Of a DNA stretch of 64,000 nucleotides, positions 60,781 to 64,000 are shown in pieces; within the stretch, counting starts at the first letter, position 1, and each line of letters starts with the position of its first letter. The position numbers and the translations under genes are program-made. Below the pieces are notes generated by a model. It had not been told where the DNA came from, searched no databases, and saw nothing but the letters and a program-made list of their open reading frames with translations. The stretch is from an uncultured Candidatus Actinomarina sp. (lineage in GTDB: Bacteria > Actinomycetota > Acidimicrobiia > Actinomarinales > Actinomarinaceae), in assembly GCA_902626065.1 (NCBI GenBank), contig CACODT010000003.1:18895-82894 (forward strand), read 5' to 3'.

Positions 60781-61200
60781 ATGATTAAAGCTTATATTGC
60801 CGGTCCATTATTTGATGATCACGAGCGAGAATATTTAGAAAAGATCGCTGAGACAGTTGAAGGATCTGGAATCTCTACTTTTTTACCTCATAGAGATGCT
60901 GGATTAGTAACAGGGGAATTTACTCAAGAAAAAAAAGTAAATGTTTTTGATAAAGATATGGAATTCTTGGAATCGGCAGATATTGTTATAGCTCTTTTGA
61001 CAGGTAGAGATGTTGATTCAGGTACTGCTGCTGAAATCGGCTATGCATATAAATCTGGAAAAAGATTGATAGGGGTAAATGCTAATTCAGTAAAACCGAT
61101 AAATAATTTTATTTGGGGATTATTCAATTATGGTGAGGATATTTTAGAGAGTTTAGACGATTTGGAGCTATTTCTATCTAAAGAATTTGGTGCAACATAA
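60781..61200 (+). CDS. Nucleoside 2-deoxyribosyltransferase-like protein
   Basis: 'KAYIAGPLFDDHEREY', 'FLPHRD', 'ADIVIALLTGRDVDSGTAAEIGYAYKSGKRLIGV' give the typical Rossmann-like NDT/LOG-like pattern. Confidence 0.65.
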   Translation: MIKAYIAGPLFDDHEREYLEKIAETVEGSGISTFLPHRDAGLVTGEFTQEKKVNVFDKDMEFLESADIVIALLTGRDVDSGTAAEIGYAYKSGKRLIGVNANSVKPINNFIWGLFNYGEDILESLDDLELFLSKEFGAT

Positions 61201-61225
61201 ATTAATACACCTATCATAAGATTAA

Positions 61226-62212
61226 ATGTTAAGTAAAGAAGCTGAAGAAAGTATAAAAAGATTCAAGTCATATTCTAGATTTATAGCTTCAATGTATAAA
61301 AATCCAAACAGTATGAGCAAAACAAGAAGAAGCTTTATTAGATGGTTCATTAATCTTCAGGGTGTAATAGGGCCAAAAGTTAAAGGAACAGTAAAAGAAG
61401 AGATTTATCTTGACGGAGTAAAAACGTGGAAAATCACTACTCCTAATTCTGATCCTAAAAAAATTTTTTTATACTTTCATGGAGGTGGGTACTCATTAGG
61501 TAGTCCAAAGTCTCATTATTCTCTTGTAAGTTACTTGGCTGATATTACAAAAACTACAGTATTTGTTCCAGATTATAGATTAGGTCCTGAACATAAATAT
61601 CCTGCTCAATTAGAAGATGGTATTAAAACATTTCAATCTTTGATTAATGACTATGGTTTTTCAAATAATCAGATATCCATAGGAGGTGATTCTGCTGGAG
61701 GAAACTTAGCTTTAATCACTCTTTTAAAGTTAAAAGAAGATGGCCAAGAAATGCCAAATGCATTAGCTTTATTGTCACCATGGGCGGATCCTGCAGGTTC
61801 TGGAGATACCTATAATTTAGAAATGGCTGATCGAGATATTCTTTTAGGACCAACGATAAAAAAAGTATGGGAAAACAATGATCATCTTTATGATGGTTAT
61901 TTGAATGAAGAGGATGCGGATATAAATAATCCACTTATTTTTCCAATTGAAGGGAATTATGAAAATTGTCCTCCAATTATGATTCAGGTTGGAACTGAAG
62001 AATTATTATTATCTGATTCTAGGACTTTAAAGGAAGCTTTAGAAAGAGACAATTGTATTCATGAGTATTACGAATGGACAGGCATGTATCATGTTTTCCA
62101 TATTGACGTAAATATGCCAGAAACAATTTCCGCATTCGAGCAAATAGGAAAATTTCTCCACAAACACTCTTCTTCAAAAGACAATAAACAATCAGAGGTT
62201 AATTTAGATTGA
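61226..62212 (+). CDS. Alpha/beta hydrolase fold-3 esterase/lipase (HSL family)
   Basis: Oxyanion 'YFHGGGY', nucleophile 'GDSAGGNLA'. 'DPL' and 'HVFH' lie near the C-terminus. Confidence 0.85.
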   Translation: MLSKEAEESIKRFKSYSRFIASMYKNPNSMSKTRRSFIRWFINLQGVIGPKVKGTVKEEIYLDGVKTWKITTPNSDPKKIFLYFHGGGYSLGSPKSHYSLVSYLADITKTTVFVPDYRLGPEHKYPAQLEDGIKTFQSLINDYGFSNNQISIGGDSAGGNLALITLLKLKEDGQEMPNALALLSPWADPAGSGDTYNLEMADRDILLGPTIKKVWENNDHLYDGYLNEEDADINNPLIFPIEGNYENCPPIMIQVGTEELLLSDSRTLKEALERDNCIHEYYEWTGMYHVFHIDVNMPETISAFEQIGKFLHKHSSSKDNKQSEVNLD

Positions 62213-62376
62213 CGATAGGCCTTGCTTTTTTGTTCGGACTTCTTATAAGCTCTGGCTTAGTTTTAACATTGTCTTTTTTTGGAGTAATTAAAAATGTAAA
62301 GATATTTTTTATAGTATTTATTTTTGCAATATCTTGGATTAGTAATTCTTTTTTAATTTATATAATTTTTAGATAA
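62209..62376 (+). CDS. Small 2-TM membrane ORF, 55 aa (unannotated)
   Basis: TTG start overlaps the esterase stop (TTGA). Hand translation: MTIGLAFLFGLLISSGLVLTLSFFGVIKNVKIFFIVFIFAISWISNSFLIYIIFR. Confidence 0.35.
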   Translation: MTIGLAFLFGLLISSGLVLTLSFFGVIKNVKIFFIVFIFAISWISNSFLIYIIFR

Positions 62377-62426
62377 TAATAAAGTCTCATTTTCGTATTA
62401 TTTAAATACTTAGCTAGATTAGCTTT

Positions 62427-62864
62427 GTGAGAAATATTAAAAACTTTGACGATCTCGATATTTTCATTACTGAATTTATGTCAAAATGGGGTTTAACTTT
62501 ACTTAGATATTCACTGGGTATCATTTATATATGGTTTGGAGCTTTAAAGCCATTGGGTCTGAGTCCCGCTCAAGAGCTTGTAGAAAATACAGTTTATTGG
62601 TTTGAAAATCCAAAAACATTTGTACCTATTCTAGGAATTTGGGAAGTTGTAATTGGCATTACCATGATCGTAAAGCCGCTAATCAGAGTATCTATCTTTT
62701 TACTATTTATTCAAATGCCGGGCACATTCTTACCTTTAGTATTATTTCCAGAAGTATGTTTTACAAATTTTCCTTTTGGTTTGACACTAGAAGGTCAGTA
62801 TATAGTTAAAAACTTAATAATAATTTCAGCAGCATTAGTTGTTGGTTCAACTGTTAGAAAATAA
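62427..62864 (+). CDS. Small 4-TM membrane protein (DoxX/YkgB-like)
   Basis: GTG start, 145 aa. '[20 protein letters not shown]' resembles DoxX/DUF417-type N-termini. Confidence 0.5.
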   Translation: MRNIKNFDDLDIFITEFMSKWGLTLLRYSLGIIYIWFGALKPLGLSPAQELVENTVYWFENPKTFVPILGIWEVVIGITMIVKPLIRVSIFLLFIQMPGTFLPLVLFPEVCFTNFPFGLTLEGQYIVKNLIIISAALVVGSTVRK

Positions 62865-62883
62865 TTTTTAATTCTTTTTTATT

Positions 62884-64000
62884 TTATTTTGTGCTTTCAA
62901 GGGCTTGAGATAAATCCTCAATGATATCTTCAATATCTTCGATACCTATTGAGAGTCTTACTAACTCTGGAGGAGATCCTGCAGCAATAAGCTGCTCATC
63001 ATCTAATTGAGAGTGAGTTGTTGTAGCCGGATGTATCGCCAAAGATCTAGTATCTCCAACATTTGCAACATGTCTAAACATTTTTAAGTTATCTATAAAT
63101 TTTTGACCTGCATCTTTTCCACCTTTAATTCCAAATACAACCATGGTTCCTCCAGTACCTTTTAGATACTTTTCTGAAAGATCATAGGCTGGATCATCTT
63201 TTAATCCCGGAAATCTTATCCATTCTACGAGTTCATGATTAGATAAATATTCCGCAGCTTTTAAAGCATTCTCGCAATGCCTATCCATTCTAAGACCAAG
63301 AGTCTCAAGTCCACTCATTACTTCAAATGCTGTCTCAGGTGACATGTTTGCTCCAAGATTTCTTAGTGGTACGGTTCTCAGTCTCAATGAGTATGCCACG
63401 TTACTTAATTCTCCTAGGTCATGCCCCCATCTCATTCCTCCATAACTAGTATCTGGTTTGTCATAAAGTGGAAAATTTCCATTACCCCAATCAAAGCCGC
63501 CTTTTTCAATTACGGCTCCGGCAATCACACGTCCATGACCTGACATCCATTTAGTTAAAGAATAGACAACTATATCAGCACCAAAATCAAATGATTTTTG
63601 AATTGCGGGAGTTGTAAATGTAGCATCAACAATTAAGGGGATACCTTTAGAGTGTGCTATTTCTGATAATGCAGTAACATCAGCTACAACTAATCCAGGA
63701 TTTGTTATTGTTTCACAATAAATTGCTCTGGTTTTATCATCTATAGCTTCCTCAACAGCCTTAAAATCAGTAATATCAACTTTTTTTGAATCAATACCAT
63801 ATTCTGGCAAAATATTATCAAACATTGTGTATGTACCACCGTAAAGTTGATTTGCTGTAACAAAATTATCGCCTTGGCTCATTATGTTTATAAGAGAGTA
63901 CATTACAGCTGATGTACCTGATGATAAAGCTACACACATAGCACCATCTTCAAGATCAGTCAGTCTTGCTTCTAAAGCCCCAACAGTTGGATTTCCCAGT
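62884..64000 (-). CDS. metY: O-acetylhomoserine sulfhydrylase (PLP-dependent Cys/Met metabolism family). The 5' end of the gene (N-terminus) runs off the window edge.
   Basis: The frame stays open upstream of the track Met to the window end ('LGNPTVGALEARLTDLEDGAMCVALSSGTSAV'). PLP-lysine motif 'YSLTKWMSGHG'. 'SLAIHPATTTHSQL' and 'LVRLSIGIEDIEDII' are family signatures. Confidence 0.9.
   Translation of the reverse strand, partial: LGNPTVGALEARLTDLEDGAMCVALSSGTSAVMYSLINIMSQGDNFVTANQLYGGTYTMFDNILPEYGIDSKKVDITDFKAVEEAIDDKTRAIYCETITNPGLVVADVTALSEIAHSKGIPLIVDATFTTPAIQKSFDFGADIVVYSLTKWMSGHGRVIAGAVIEKGGFDWGNGNFPLYDKPDTSYGGMRWGHDLGELSNVAYSLRLRTVPLRNLGANMSPETAFEVMSGLETLGLRMDRHCENALKAAEYLSNHELVEWIRFPGLKDDPAYDLSEKYLKGTGGTMVVFGIKGGKDAGQKFIDNLKMFRHVANVGDTRSLAIHPATTTHSQLDDEQLIAAGSPPELVRLSIGIEDIEDIIEDLSQALESTK

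Noticed and set aside
1-64000. Mobile elements, prophage, restriction-modification, toxin-antitoxin, CRISPR-Cas or other known defence systems
   Set aside because: No transposase, integrase, recombinase, methyltransferase, nuclease or Cas motifs were recognised in any ORF. I noticed no terminal inverted repeats or abrupt compositional islands. The window looks like core chromosome.

Overview
Visibly AT-rich, very gene-dense bacterial chromosome segment spanning the replication-origin region. I did not compute GC content.

**Organism inference.** The minus strand carries rpmH-rnpA-yidD-yidC-jag-rsmG-parA-parB, then cwlM-like/trxB and nudix/cca. The plus strand carries dnaA-dnaN-DUF721-gyrB-gyrA-DUF3566. 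This is the classical actinobacterial origin arrangement (compare M. tuberculosis Rv3907c..Rv0007). Here it is reduced: recF, mviN, sigM and trxC/trxA are absent from their usual slots. I infer a genome-streamlined, low-GC (probably aquatic or marine) actinobacterium. Coding strand switches around 31.2 kb, consistent with an origin there.

**Other content.**
- Housekeeping enzymes: M20 and M24B/PepP peptidases, an S9 peptidase, Ste24-type M48 protease, UppS, CCA enzyme, NDH-2, MgtE, PFK and partial MetY.
- A Zur-controlled znuACB zinc uptake locus with two palindromic operator candidates.
- Two riboswitches: a compact cobalamin-type element upstream of an orphan BtuF-like binding protein, and a TPP element upstream of a sodium:solute symporter (ThiV-like).
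- A perfect consensus parS inside rsmG.
- Two MacB/FtsX-type ABC systems.

**Most unusual content.**
1. A seven-gene plus-strand operon (43.2-48.9 kb). A MacAB-like exporter with a peptidoglycan-binding adaptor is bracketed by four paralogous 4-cysteine lipoproteins that I cannot place in a named family.
2. A 1065-aa acidic lipoprotein with 14 C-x6-10-C 'C-E-E-N-P-x-D-P-x-C' motifs.
3. GyrA with an N-terminal (AAKKP)n lysine-repeat tail, encoded by a 15-bp tandem repeat.
4. A cluster of unannotated 31-52 aa single-TM mini-ORFs, two of them tandem paralogs with GTGA stop/start overlaps.
5. A eukaryote-type MBD4-like DNA glycosylase.
6. A CwlM-like gene whose homologous N-terminal region has no canonical start codon.

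No rRNA, tRNA, CRISPR array, transposase, integrase or recognisable defence system was seen.
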